From Spirochaetota bacterium (GTDB taxonomy: Bacteria > Spirochaetota > UBA4802 > UBA5550), in NCBI GenBank assembly GCA_963663865.1, contig OY760686.1:1184001-1248000 (forward strand): 64,000 nucleotides of DNA. Reading direction: 5' to 3'. A program made the position numbers and the translations under genes. Below are positions 51,390 through 61,559 of this stretch, one piece after another (position 1 is the stretch's first letter; every line of letters begins with the position of its first letter). Below the pieces are notes generated by a model. That model was not told where the DNA came from and did no database searches. It was given only the letters and a program-made list of their open reading frames with translations.

Positions 51390-53363
51390 ATGGCCGGATT
51401 AAAAGAACTGTTTCTTGAGTTTGATGATATCGACGATGATCAGAATGATGACTCAGTCGAGGTTTACGCAGACTCTGTGAAGCAGGCCATCCAGCTGGCT
51501 TCGCATGAACTCAATGCTGATGTTTCTATGCTGGACTATGAAATCATCAGGAAGGGAACAAAGGGATTTTTGGGATTTGGGCGCCAGCCCTACCGTGTCG
51601 TTGTCAGAAAAGCATCCATAAACTCAGACCATCAGGACCTCGACGAGCTTGAAGCCAGACTTTCGGCTCATGTTCCGGGAGTTGTACTCGAAGAAAAAAA
51701 ACATCAGGATGGGACTTTCAAGATCAGGGTTACCAGAAGCGGAATATGGCTTACAGTAACTACACCTAAAGGAAAGGGCCGTCCTGTCGAACCCAGCATA
51801 GTAAATACTCGCCTTTACGCCATGAGAATATCCAATGCGGATACGGCGCTCATTGAAAAAACTGTTAAAAATGCCAGCGGAGAACCCGCCAAAATCGGAG
51901 ACTGGACGCCCAATCCAGACTTTGACAGCAGACTGAAAATTGAGATTTCTGAAGACGAGATGAAGGCATATCTCCACTTTACCCCTCCAAGATATTATGG
52001 GAGAAACCTTGACCTTGAAGAGGTCATGAGCGCTTTGAAGCTTTCCGGGGTAGTTTTCGGAATTAACGAAGAAAAATTAAAGGAGTATCTTGAGAATATG
52101 GATTACTCCTATCCTCTGCTCGGGGCCGAGGGACAGAGGCCAAAAAACGGAAGAGATGCTAAAATTGACTACAAGGTTCGTATTAATAAGGCAAATATTA
52201 AGTTTGAAGAAGACGAAAGCGGGAAAGTCGATTTCAGAAACCTTGAGCTTCTGGAAAATGTCGTTGTTGGACAGGTACTCGCTGTAAAGATACCTCCCGA
52301 GAAGGGTACTCCCGGAAGAACCGTCACTAATAAGGTAATCCCTGTCAAGCCAGGCCGTGATATCAGCATACAGTTTGGCAAGGGTACAATCCTGTCACAG
52401 GACAAGACAGAGTTGACGGCAGAAATAAACGGCCAGGTTGTATTCAAAAGAAATAGAATAAGCGTCGAACCGGTTTACATTATATCGGGGGATGTAGGAC
52501 TTGAGACAGGAAACGTAAACTTTCTGGGTTCTGTAATAGTTTCCGGAAATGTGCTCGATAACTTTGTTGTTAAGGCCGCTGGAAATATCGAGGTCAAAGG
52601 CACAGTTCAGAAGGCTTTCATTGAAGCAGAGGGGGACATCATTGTCCATCAGGGAATATCCGGCAGAGATGAGGCTATAGTAGAGTCGACTGGCGGATCG
52701 GTTTACGCAAAGTTTATTCAAAACGCAAAGGTAATATCTGAAAATAATGTTATAGTGCCAGAGGGAGTTCTTCACGCGAATGTTGACGCGGGCGAATCTA
52801 TTATCAGTATCGGCCGCCGGGCGAGGATTGTAGGCGGACTTATCAGAGCTGGTTCCGATGTAAATGCCAGGTTTCTCGGGGCTGATGTGGCAACAAAAAC
52901 CTCAATATTTGTCGGTGTTAATCCAAAAGTTCTTCAGCAGATTTCAGAATTAGAGAAATCAAAAGTAGAAATCGTAGCGGAATTGGAGGATGTTAAGAAG
53001 AATATCACAACCCTTTCAAATCAAAAAAAGGTATCGAAGCTATCAGACGAAAAAGAGGTGCTCTTTCAGGATCTTGAAAACAGGTCAGAAAAAGGAAATC
53101 TACGAATTGAAGAAATAAAAACGGAGCTTGAAGAGCTTGAGACCTATATAGCGATGCTTGACCAAAAAGGTAAGGTTTGCGCCGAAAAGAAAATATTTCC
53201 AGGGGTTGATATCAATATACGTCATCAGAAGTTTGTCGTTAAAGATGAATATAATTATATTAAATTCAGTCTGGAAGGAGATGATATACGACTTTCCGAG
53301 TATGAGCCGCCTAAACTCGGCGAAGGACAGAGGATTTCAACTCTGGTCTCAAGAAGAAGATGA
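51390..53363 (+). CDS. FapA/DUF342 family protein with Jag_N-like N-terminus
   Basis: KGFLGFG near the N-terminus; GDV...TGNVNFLGSV beta-helix. Confidence 0.85.
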   Translation: MAGLKELFLEFDDIDDDQNDDSVEVYADSVKQAIQLASHELNADVSMLDYEIIRKGTKGFLGFGRQPYRVVVRKASINSDHQDLDELEARLSAHVPGVVLEEKKHQDGTFKIRVTRSGIWLTVTTPKGKGRPVEPSIVNTRLYAMRISNADTALIEKTVKNASGEPAKIGDWTPNPDFDSRLKIEISEDEMKAYLHFTPPRYYGRNLDLEEVMSALKLSGVVFGINEEKLKEYLENMDYSYPLLGAEGQRPKNGRDAKIDYKVRINKANIKFEEDESGKVDFRNLELLENVVVGQVLAVKIPPEKGTPGRTVTNKVIPVKPGRDISIQFGKGTILSQDKTELTAEINGQVVFKRNRISVEPVYIISGDVGLETGNVNFLGSVIVSGNVLDNFVVKAAGNIEVKGTVQKAFIEAEGDIIVHQGISGRDEAIVESTGGSVYAKFIQNAKVISENNVIVPEGVLHANVDAGESIISIGRRARIVGGLIRAGSDVNARFLGADVATKTSIFVGVNPKVLQQISELEKSKVEIVAELEDVKKNITTLSNQKKVSKLSDEKEVLFQDLENRSEKGNLRIEEIKTELEELETYIAMLDQKGKVCAEKKIFPGVDINIRHQKFVVKDEYNYIKFSLEGDDIRLSEYEPPKLGEGQRISTLVSRRR

Positions 53364-53375
53364 GGAGGTGAGGTT

Positions 53376-53696
53376 GTGAGCCTGAAACCGATAGATCTTC
53401 AGACTAATATATCACAGATGCATGAGGTGGGGCGTCATGAGCATTCAAGGAATACGTCTGTAATTCTTCAGCAGCAGGCTCTCGATGAAGAATCTACAAA
53501 AAAAACAAGAGAGTTCAAAGACAGGCTGGACGAAGCAAAAAAAGCAGAAAAAACTGAAGTACGGGATTCGCTTGCAGATGACCGCGAACGTGAAAAGGCC
53601 AGAAGAGAAAAAGAACGAAAGGAACGCGAAGCATCTGAGGAGTCCGAAAAAATGAAGGACGACAGGCTTGGCAGGATAATTGATATCCTGAAGTAG
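53376..53696 (+). CDS. Conserved hypothetical protein
   Basis: MSLKPIDLQ...G..IDI pattern, typical downstream of fapA; GAGG RBS. Confidence 0.75.
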   Translation: MSLKPIDLQTNISQMHEVGRHEHSRNTSVILQQQALDEESTKKTREFKDRLDEAKKAEKTEVRDSLADDREREKARREKERKEREASEESEKMKDDRLGRIIDILK

Positions 53697-53735
53697 CCGG
53701 ATAGAATTTATTCTTTTGATGTCTGAGGAGACATA

Positions 53736-54551
53736 ATGCAGATTGTTTTGATAATACTTGTCAATGTTTTGATGTGGGCCATATTCTATTTCATAATAAG
53801 CTTAAAACTCGAAAAGTCGGCATCTGAGTTTCGGGAAAAAAAGCTTAGAAAAGAGATGGATGATATTATCCGTGAATTTAACTTAACAGCTGAAAGGAAT
53901 ATTTCACTGCTTGAGAACAGAATAAAAGCTATAAAGAGGCTTCTTGCGGCAGACAACAGCGTAAAGGGCTTTGATCGTGTTGTGGGGGATGATACCGTTG
54001 ATTATCAGCAAAAGAGTAGTGAGGAGTACCCCGATCATAATAAGGGAAATATTAATAAAAGAAGCTCTTATCTACAGGCAAAACAGGAATTTTTAGACGA
54101 TTCTTATCGCTCTTTGCCTCTAAAAAAAAGCTTGCTAAAGCGCTGTCAAAATGTTATAAAGATAGCGGCTGTTTATATTGGAAGAAAATTTCAGGAAATG
54201 GCGGCTGAGGACCGTCATTCTTATGCTGCAAGGAAGACGGTAAAGGGTGCGGATGAGGTTCCTGTCCTGCCGGAGTCCGAAGCCTCAACAAAAAATATTA
54301 TATCAAGGGATTTCTCTTCGGTTTTTCCCGATAATGAGGTTTCCGGCGATAGTATTGCCCGTAAGGAGAGTAATGAGTCTAGTCCTGTTGTGTACAACCA
54401 GGAAAAGATGAAAGAGAGATTTTCCGGTGTAAAGGACAGGTTTGTCCTTGTTGAAGAGATGAGTAAAAGCGGTTATACTGCTGAAGATATCAGCAGGTTT
54501 TCAGGAATTCCATCCGGGGAAGTTAAGCTTATAATCAATCTGTGCAGATAA
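53736..54551 (+). CDS. Hypothetical protein (TM, coiled coil, C-terminal HTH-like)
   Basis: ERNISLLE; GY..EDISR..GEVKLI. Confidence 0.7.
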   Translation: MQIVLIILVNVLMWAIFYFIISLKLEKSASEFREKKLRKEMDDIIREFNLTAERNISLLENRIKAIKRLLAADNSVKGFDRVVGDDTVDYQQKSSEEYPDHNKGNINKRSSYLQAKQEFLDDSYRSLPLKKSLLKRCQNVIKIAAVYIGRKFQEMAAEDRHSYAARKTVKGADEVPVLPESEASTKNIISRDFSSVFPDNEVSGDSIARKESNESSPVVYNQEKMKERFSGVKDRFVLVEEMSKSGYTAEDISRFSGIPSGEVKLIINLCR

Positions 54552-54592
54552 GATTAGTGTTTAACATGACTGGGATCACAGGTTATTAGAAT

Positions 54593-55444
54593 ATGGAAAT
54601 GAATATTAAGAGATTGACTCCGGAGGAGTTTGCAAGTTTTTCCCGTTTGATATACGAAGCCTCGGGCATTTTTATGAAGGACACAAAGATTACTTTGCTT
54701 TCCAACAGGCTGCGAAAAAGACTCCAGGCACTGGGATTGAATGAGTTTGCCGAGTACTATGATTATCTTGTTTCGCTTACCGGCGATAAAATGAAGAGGG
54801 AATATGAATCCCTGCTTGATGTGGTTTCTACAAACGAAACCTATTTTTTCAGAAATGAAAAACACTTTGACGCTCTGATGACTCATTGTATTCCGGAAAT
54901 AGTAAAAGTAAAAAAGAACAAGAAAATTAGAATCTGGAGCGCTGCCTGTTCAACTGGAGAAGAGCCATACACAATAGCAATATGCGTTGCTGAACTGCAA
55001 AATATCCTGAAAGGCTGGACGGTTGAGATACTTGGAACTGATATCGCTCTGTCAGTTCTCGATTTCGCAGAAACGGGAGAGTATTCTGGCAGAAGAATTG
55101 AAAAGGTCCCGCCGGAATTTCTTAAAAAGTACTTCACTCAGCGGCAGGATGAACCGGAAGTTTACTGTGTGAATGATGATCTGAAGAAGATGGTTAAGCT
55201 GAATTATCTTAATTTTTTTAAAGATTCATTTCCTTCAGACATTGATATTATTTTTTGCAGAAACGTAATGATATATTTTGACAAGGAACATCAGCAGCGT
55301 CTGATTAAGGATTTTTACAGAGTAATCAATCATCCGGGATATCTGTTTATAGGCCACTCAGAAACACTTCATATGATTTCAAACGATTTTGCTTATCAGA
55401 AGATGTGCGAATCTCCTGTTTACATAGCGAAACCCAGGAGCTGA
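54593..55444 (+). CDS. cheR: Chemotaxis methyltransferase CheR
   Basis: TNETYFFR, WSAACSTGEEPY, IFCRNVMIYFD, GHSE. Confidence 0.97.
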   Translation: MEMNIKRLTPEEFASFSRLIYEASGIFMKDTKITLLSNRLRKRLQALGLNEFAEYYDYLVSLTGDKMKREYESLLDVVSTNETYFFRNEKHFDALMTHCIPEIVKVKKNKKIRIWSAACSTGEEPYTIAICVAELQNILKGWTVEILGTDIALSVLDFAETGEYSGRRIEKVPPEFLKKYFTQRQDEPEVYCVNDDLKKMVKLNYLNFFKDSFPSDIDIIFCRNVMIYFDKEHQQRLIKDFYRVINHPGYLFIGHSETLHMISNDFAYQKMCESPVYIAKPRS

Positions 55445-55446
55445 AT

Positions 55447-55926
55447 GTGGAATTTAACCTGATTAATGTTGGAATTGCGGATTTGCAGGTTGGCGGAGAA
55501 GGCGATGTTCTTCGGACGATACTGGGATCCTGTGTGGGTATTTGTCTTTATGATCCAGTCTCGAAAATCGGAGGGCTAAGTCATATCATGCTGCCGACTT
55601 ATAAAACTGGATCATCATCAAAGAAAAAATATGCTGATACCGCGATTCCAATGATGCTTAATGAGATGCTTGCGAGAGGAGCGGAACATAAAAGGATTAT
55701 TGCCAAGATTATCGGCGGTTCACAGATGTTCAACCTGAGCTCTAACAGCATCATGTCCGAAATAGGAAGAAGTAATGTGGATAAATCAAGGGAGATACTA
55801 ATTTCAATGAAGTTTGATATTGTCTCTGAAGATACTGGCGGAAATTATGGCAGGACAATTGATTTCTATCTTAACGATGGCAGTATCAAAGTAAAATCAA
55901 TTGGTAAAGAGGATATCTACATATAG
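55447..55926 (+). CDS. cheD: Chemoreceptor glutamine deamidase CheD
   Basis: LGSCVG, H.MLP, KYAD, DTGG..GR; GTG start after AGGAG. Confidence 0.96.
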   Translation: MEFNLINVGIADLQVGGEGDVLRTILGSCVGICLYDPVSKIGGLSHIMLPTYKTGSSSKKKYADTAIPMMLNEMLARGAEHKRIIAKIIGGSQMFNLSSNSIMSEIGRSNVDKSREILISMKFDIVSEDTGGNYGRTIDFYLNDGSIKVKSIGKEDIYI

Positions 55927-55935
55927 GGTTTATTC

Positions 55936-56802
55936 ATGGAAAGTATGACGGGCTACGCCTTTATTGAACAGAGCACAACACAGTTTACGTTCTCAGTCGA
56001 AATCAAGTCCTTAAATTCAAAATACATTGAAACCTACGTCAACTTGCCCCGGGTTATTAGAACTGAGGAGGATGCTCTTGCAAGAATGCTGAAGTCATAC
56101 TTTGAAAGGGGCAAAATTGAATTAACGATAGACATCTATGATTGGCAGGAAACGAGGCCGGTATCTATCAACGGTGCTGTAATAGAAAAGTATTATAAAG
56201 AGCTAAGTGAAATACACAGACGGCTGAATGTGGATAAGCCACTGGATTTCGAATCTATACTTGGTCTTGAGGGAGTAACTACAAAAGAGAAGAGCTCTAT
56301 TAGCGGCCGGAGTATGGCTTTGATAAATGAATGCATTTCCAGGGCAGTCAAAACCGCGGTCAAGATGAGAAGAGAAGAGGCACTTTCAGTAAACGCAGAT
56401 ATCACAGATTGTATTAATTCGATCGCCAGAAATTGCTCGGAAATAAAAAAAATGTCAGCGGATAATGCCAAAAGCAAGATGTCAAATCTGAGAGATAAGA
56501 TAGCGGAGCTCTGCGGGAATTTGGCGGATCAGTCAAGAATACAGACGGAGATAGCTTTGATGGCAGATAAGTTAGACATCAATGAGGAAATTATCAGATT
56601 GAACGATCATATCAAAAAGTTTAAAAGCGTTCAAAAGCAGAAAGGACAAATCGGCAAAACACTTGATTTTCTTTCTCAGGAAATGTTCAGGGAGATTAAC
56701 ACGATTGCTTCAAAGTCAAACAGCTCTAACATCGCTCATGCCGTGGTAGATGTTAAAAATCACATTGACAAAATCAGAGAACACTGCCGGAATGTCGTTT
56801 GA
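55936..56802 (+). CDS. yicC: YicC/YloC family endoribonuclease
   Basis: SMTGY, EEIIRL..H, LDFL.QEM.REINT.ASK. Confidence 0.94.
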   Translation: MESMTGYAFIEQSTTQFTFSVEIKSLNSKYIETYVNLPRVIRTEEDALARMLKSYFERGKIELTIDIYDWQETRPVSINGAVIEKYYKELSEIHRRLNVDKPLDFESILGLEGVTTKEKSSISGRSMALINECISRAVKTAVKMRREEALSVNADITDCINSIARNCSEIKKMSADNAKSKMSNLRDKIAELCGNLADQSRIQTEIALMADKLDINEEIIRLNDHIKKFKSVQKQKGQIGKTLDFLSQEMFREINTIASKSNSSNIAHAVVDVKNHIDKIREHCRNVV

Positions 56803-57053
56803 TGAAGACTACACTGATTAATATAGGCTTTGGCAACGCAGTGGCTGCAGAGAGAGTGGTTGCCGTAATATCTCCGTCTTCTGCTTCAGGCAAACGTCTC
56901 AGAGACGATGCGAAAGAAGGCGGTCTTCTTATTGATGCTACTCATGGTAGAAAAACCAGAGCAATAATAATAATGGACAGTAATCACATTGTACTCTCAG
57001 CAATGCAGCCGGAAACAATATCCGCCAGACTTACAACAAATGAAGCAGAATAG
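56799..57053 (+). CDS. remA: RemA/DUF370 family regulator
   Basis: [25 protein letters not shown]. Confidence 0.92.
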   Translation: MMKTTLINIGFGNAVAAERVVAVISPSSASGKRLRDDAKEGGLLIDATHGRKTRAIIIMDSNHIVLSAMQPETISARLTTNEAE

Positions 57054-57666
57054 CTTTTCCCTGATAATATCAGCCCCTTCAGGCGGTGGAAAAACCACAA
57101 TTATTCGAAGAATTCTGAAAGAAAATCCGCTCCTGGAATTTTCCGTCTCAACAACTACAAGGAAGTTGAGAGAGGGAGAGGTTGAAGGAAAAAGCTATTA
57201 TTCTGTCAGTCGTGATGATTTTATGAAAGCTGTTTCCGCTGATGAATTTATTGAATTCGCTGAAGTGCATGGAAGTCTTTATGGTACTTCAAAAAAAGAG
57301 ATTGACAGGATTCGTTCGGCGGAAAAAATTCCAGTTTTCGACGTAGATGTGCAGGGGGCTGAGTCGCTTAGAAAAGCGCTACCCGGTTCAGTGTTTGTTT
57401 TTATTGTACCTCCGTCGATGGATATTTTGGAGGAACGCCTTCGTTCCAGAAAAACGGAAACTGATGATCAAATCCAGTTGAGGCTGAATAATGCCATGCA
57501 GGAGATTAAATCATACAGGTTCTTTGACTACATTGTTGTCAATGATTGTGTCGAAGAAGCGGTTGCCAGGCTGCAGGCCATCATCGTATCGGAACTCTGC
57601 CGGACGGATAGAAATTTCAAAATAATAAAAATGCTGGAGGACTGGAATGATAATTCCAATGGATAA
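57040..57666 (+). CDS. gmk: Guanylate kinase
   Basis: [22 protein letters not shown]. Confidence 0.96.
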   Translation: MKQNSFSLIISAPSGGGKTTIIRRILKENPLLEFSVSTTTRKLREGEVEGKSYYSVSRDDFMKAVSADEFIEFAEVHGSLYGTSKKEIDRIRSAEKIPVFDVDVQGAESLRKALPGSVFVFIVPPSMDILEERLRSRKTETDDQIQLRLNNAMQEIKSYRFFDYIVVNDCVEEAVARLQAIIVSELCRTDRNFKIIKMLEDWNDNSNG

Positions 57667-57856
57667 GCTGGTTGTTTATAACAGCAATAAATACATATTC
57701 ACCAGGGCTGCGATGAAAGCAGTCGACAAGGTAACAAATATCAAGGATTATCCCGAGGAAAACTATAACTGGAAAGTTGTTCCAAATGTGCTGAAACTTG
57801 TCCTCAATTCCGATATCAAGCTTGTGTACACAGAGCCGGAAGCCGAACAGGAATAG
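57647..57856 (+). CDS. rpoZ: Probable RNA polymerase omega subunit
   Basis: 69 aa after gmk, NKY motif; call relies on synteny. Confidence 0.6.
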   Translation: MIIPMDKLVVYNSNKYIFTRAAMKAVDKVTNIKDYPEENYNWKVVPNVLKLVLNSDIKLVYTEPEAEQE

Positions 57857-57869
57857 AAGGTAGAAGGCT

Positions 57870-58814
57870 ATTCGAGCTGTAGTTTTAACAGGGCCGACGG
57901 CTTCCGGAAAGACGGAGCTGGCTTTGAGGTTGTCAGGAAGTGATTTTGAAATAGTATCATGCGATTCTGTTCAGGTTTATAGATATCTTGATATTGGAAG
58001 CGGTAAGCCTTCAAAAGATGATCTCAATCGAGTCAGGCATCATCTTGTAGATGTTGTCAATCCGGATGAAATTTTTACGGCAGGCAGTTTTGTGGAAAGC
58101 GCCTGTGCTGCAGTAGAGAGAATTGAAGAAAGAGGCATGGTGCCTTTATTTGCCGGCGGTACGGGGATGTATGTCGACTCATTCTTTTACGGTATTTCGG
58201 ATATTCCCGAGATAGACATATCCATTCGGAAGGTTTTATTACAGCATCTTGAAGAAGGGGCAATTGGGCGATTATATGACGAATTATATGCAGTCGATCC
58301 GGTATTTGCCGCATCAATTCACAGAAACGACAGACAGCGTATTGTCAGAGGGCTTGAGGTTTACAGAGGCACAGGGAAACCATTATCAGGTTTTTATTCC
58401 AATAAGCCGAAAAGGGTTTCTGAAAAAACCCTTTTCATATCAATCTGGAGAGACAGAAGCGAACTGATTGAGCGTATTTCGGCGAGGGTGGATGCAATGA
58501 TTGCCGGCGGACTTGTGGATGAAGTTGACTCAATCAGAAAAATGGGGTATAGCCCTAATCTCAAATCAATGCAGTCAATCGGCTACAAAGAGATTAATGC
58601 CTATCTTAATGGAAATATGAATCTCGATGAGGCAGTTGACGCATTAAAGCTTGAGACATCCAGATATGCTAAAAGGCAGATGACCTGGTTCAGGCGGAAC
58701 GCCGACGCGGTATGGTACAATGCATCCGATTTTGAGGGAATATACAGTAAAATACGGTACTGGTTAGAAGGTACGCAGAAAAAGGGGTGTAGCAATGACA
58801 AAGAATGTCAGTAA
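57870..58814 (+). CDS. miaA: tRNA dimethylallyltransferase MiaA (ATT start inferred)
   Basis: GPTASGKT lies upstream of the tracked TTG; [26 protein letters not shown]. Confidence 0.93.
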   Translation: MRAVVLTGPTASGKTELALRLSGSDFEIVSCDSVQVYRYLDIGSGKPSKDDLNRVRHHLVDVVNPDEIFTAGSFVESACAAVERIEERGMVPLFAGGTGMYVDSFFYGISDIPEIDISIRKVLLQHLEEGAIGRLYDELYAVDPVFAASIHRNDRQRIVRGLEVYRGTGKPLSGFYSNKPKRVSEKTLFISIWRDRSELIERISARVDAMIAGGLVDEVDSIRKMGYSPNLKSMQSIGYKEINAYLNGNMNLDEAVDALKLETSRYAKRQMTWFRRNADAVWYNASDFEGIYSKIRYWLEGTQKKGCSNDKECQ

Positions 58815-59031
58815 TCTTCAGGATTTTTTCTTAAATAATGCTCGAAAAGAAAAGTGTGATATCACTATATATCTTGTAAATGGCGTGCCCATTAAAGGAA
58901 AAGTTCTCAGTTTCGACAATTTTACTATTCTCATGGAAGTAGATAAAAAGCAGAATCTGATATATAAACACGCGGTATCAACACTATTGCCGTCAAAGCC
59001 CGTTGCTTATAAAGAAGAAACTGAAAAGTGA
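58795..59031 (+). CDS. hfq: RNA chaperone Hfq
   Basis: LQD.FLN, YLVNG, FDNF, YKHAVST; follows miaA. Confidence 0.96.
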   Translation: MTKNVSNLQDFFLNNARKEKCDITIYLVNGVPIKGKVLSFDNFTILMEVDKKQNLIYKHAVSTLLPSKPVAYKEETEK

Positions 59032-59067
59032 ACTAAGTCAGGTTTGTGACGGCAGGGGAGGCGAAGA

Positions 59068-59988
59068 GTGATGAAATCAAAAGTTTTAGGCTTTTTTGTA
59101 CCGCTATTCTTGATAGCTGTCGCTGCTGCTGTTTTACTCGCATACAATCCGGTTCATCATGATTCGGTACTGCTTATTAAAGATATAAAAAGCGGTAAGG
59201 CTATCCGATATTACAAAACTGGCACCCTTTTTACCCCTGAAAGCCTGATCCCCTGGAAGTACAGCATTGAAGTGATGAATCTTCATGTTGCTGAAACCAC
59301 TGAGCTTGAAATTCCAATTTCTCAGTTTAAGACTATTCAGGACGATCTTTTTGATATCGTTATACCGATCAGAGTTACGATGTCAATTAATCCCGATATT
59401 ACGGGTCCAGAGCTGCTGGCCGGCAACGCCGGGGAACTGAAAAAACGAGTTTACAGAGATTTGAAGAGGTCTATTCAGATATCTCTCGACAAATATTTCA
59501 GGCCGATATATGCTCCGGATGAGATGGTATCAAATATTAAGGATGTAATCAGAACTGCAGTGACGTCGTATAATGCCGGAGCTGTTAATACTGGAGCTGG
59601 CATCGTTTCAGTAGATGTAATTGGTCTGATAAGCTATCCTGATGAGGATATGTACATGATGGCGGTAACGCATATCAAGGATCTTACCGGGCTCAGGATG
59701 AGCAATGAAAAAGAACTTTTAAAGATAAAGCATGATATTCAGAGAGACAATCTGAAAAAAGAGGAGCTGTACAGTCATTATCAGAAGATGTCAGTAATTA
59801 TTGAGAATCATCCTGAGATTCTTAAATATATTTATATTGACAAAATTTCTGATGATATAAGTGTGATAATCTCATCTGATAGAAGTGGTATCCCTATGTT
59901 TATGGATAGTGCGGGCAAAATTTTAAAAGCTGCCCAGCCTGAGAATAGTACTGAAAACGGATCTAATCCCAAGAAAAACAAACAATAA
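59068..59988 (+). CDS. Hypothetical membrane-anchored protein, SPFH-like
   Basis: N-terminal TM, coiled coil, P.ILKYIYIDK. Confidence 0.5.
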   Translation: MMKSKVLGFFVPLFLIAVAAAVLLAYNPVHHDSVLLIKDIKSGKAIRYYKTGTLFTPESLIPWKYSIEVMNLHVAETTELEIPISQFKTIQDDLFDIVIPIRVTMSINPDITGPELLAGNAGELKKRVYRDLKRSIQISLDKYFRPIYAPDEMVSNIKDVIRTAVTSYNAGAVNTGAGIVSVDVIGLISYPDEDMYMMAVTHIKDLTGLRMSNEKELLKIKHDIQRDNLKKEELYSHYQKMSVIIENHPEILKYIYIDKISDDISVIISSDRSGIPMFMDSAGKILKAAQPENSTENGSNPKKNKQ

Positions 59989-60003
59989 AAAGGAGTAGTC
60001 TAT

Positions 60004-60093
60004 ATGCCTTGCGGTAAAAAGAAAAAAAGAGCAAAAATTGCAAACCATAAGAGAAAAAAACGCAGAAGACTGAACAGGCATAAAAAGAAATAG
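60004..60093 (+). CDS. Small basic protein, bS22/AURKAIP1-COX24-like (29 aa)
   Basis: MPCGKKKKRAKIANHKRKKRRRLNRHKKK; AAGGAG RBS; hairpin at 60105-60130; absent from the ORF track. Confidence 0.85.
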   Translation: MPCGKKKKRAKIANHKRKKRRRLNRHKKK

Positions 60094-60145
60094 ATGTATT
60101 TAAGCGCGGAAGGGTGAAGCCCTTTCCGCGTAAATATCCACTATT

Positions 60146-60886
60146 ATGAAAAGACCCGCCCAAAATGAAAAATCTGATAACGAAAGAATAGTCTGGAAAA
60201 GACGCCCTTCAGAGATAAGAGGGTACCAGAAGGCGATTTACGTTACTGAGGACAATGGTGATTATGTCCGGGTCGATTATAATCTTTCTGATAAAAAAAT
60301 AAGGCTCTATATAGAGCTGGCCTCCGAGGGGGGAAGTCCGTATTACTCTGTAATCAAGGACGGAAAGATTACTATTGAAAGAAGTGTTTTAACAGGACGC
60401 TCTTTGGGTTTTTCCGATAAGTTTTCTTCGAAATCTGCAGTTTTTAACACAATTCCGAGCAACACCATACTCAAGCTGATCGGAGGGAATTACGGGATTT
60501 CTTCGAGTAAGTTTGAGCGGACCCGCGAAAAATCGACAGCAAGGACTCAGTTGCTTGCTGAAACACGAAAAAAGTACTTCAGGACTGAAGATAACCCTTA
60601 TATTCACCGCAGAAGCGGAGGAGGAAGCCCCGGAGGGCCTCTGTCATCAAAGGCCAGGGTGTACGATCTGCTCGATTTATCTGTCGCTTTTCTTCTTGGT
60701 CTCGGAGCATATTTTTATTTCAATTACAGCTTCATGGCTGCCGGTGCGGTAGCTGCTTTTACCGGAGTAACTTCTGGCATAGTTGATATGTTTATCAGAG
60801 GAAGAGAGCCGTTTTTTATAAAGGTTATTTCTCTGGTGGCTGCTGGAACGGCTTTGTATGTTTACGGTTATTATTTTTCCGGTTAA
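60146..60886 (+). CDS. Hypothetical protein with C-terminal TM helices
   Basis: 246-aa ORF with three hydrophobic segments. Confidence 0.7.
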   Translation: MKRPAQNEKSDNERIVWKRRPSEIRGYQKAIYVTEDNGDYVRVDYNLSDKKIRLYIELASEGGSPYYSVIKDGKITIERSVLTGRSLGFSDKFSSKSAVFNTIPSNTILKLIGGNYGISSSKFERTREKSTARTQLLAETRKKYFRTEDNPYIHRRSGGGSPGGPLSSKARVYDLLDLSVAFLLGLGAYFYFNYSFMAAGAVAAFTGVTSGIVDMFIRGREPFFIKVISLVAAGTALYVYGYYFSG

Positions 60887-61073
60887 TTAAGAATGTTCTC
60901 CATCTTATATGTTTGCGGTATTCTATCGTAGAAGTACGAATAAGTATTCAGATTAGAAGTGTGATATTAGATTATTTATTGCTTTTAGTGTAAGCGTTCG
61001 ATTTTATTGTTGAAAAGAATGATAAGTAATGTAATCTTTCACTATCAGTTCAAGAGGTTTTCGGGGGTATAAC

Positions 61074-61559
61074 GTGCAAACAGCTGCCAGTAAAGTAAAG
61101 CGTAACAGCGAAAGTTCTTCTGTTTCACAGCAGGTAGTGTGTTTTAAAATCGGAAGAGAAGAGTACGGGATACCAATTCTTCTGGTTCAGGAAATTTTAA
61201 AGCTTCCCAAGGTAACCGTGCTGCCCAAGTCGGTTCCATATATAAAGGGTGTAATTGATCTTAGAAGCAAGGTAATTCCGATTGTTGATTTGAGTAAAAA
61301 ATTTAAAATTGATTCCGCCGGGGACTCTGGAAGTACAAGGGCTATCGTTGTAGATATCAGCGGTAAACAGGTTGGCCTTGCAATAGATTCTGTAAGTCAT
61401 GTTATAAAAATCGGATCTGACGAAATTGAGCCGCCTCCGCCTGTTGTTAAGGGGATATCAGGAAGATACATAACAGGCATAGCGAAGTTCGAGCAGAGCT
61501 TTGTAGTAATTCTTGATATTAATCAGATATTTTCAAGTGATGAGCTGAATTCCATCTGA
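61074..61559 (+). CDS. cheW: Chemotaxis coupling protein CheW
   Basis: F.IG.EEYGI.I..VQEI, GVIDLR..VIPIVDL. Confidence 0.95.
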   Translation: MQTAASKVKRNSESSSVSQQVVCFKIGREEYGIPILLVQEILKLPKVTVLPKSVPYIKGVIDLRSKVIPIVDLSKKFKIDSAGDSGSTRAIVVDISGKQVGLAIDSVSHVIKIGSDEIEPPPPVVKGISGRYITGIAKFEQSFVVILDINQIFSSDELNSI

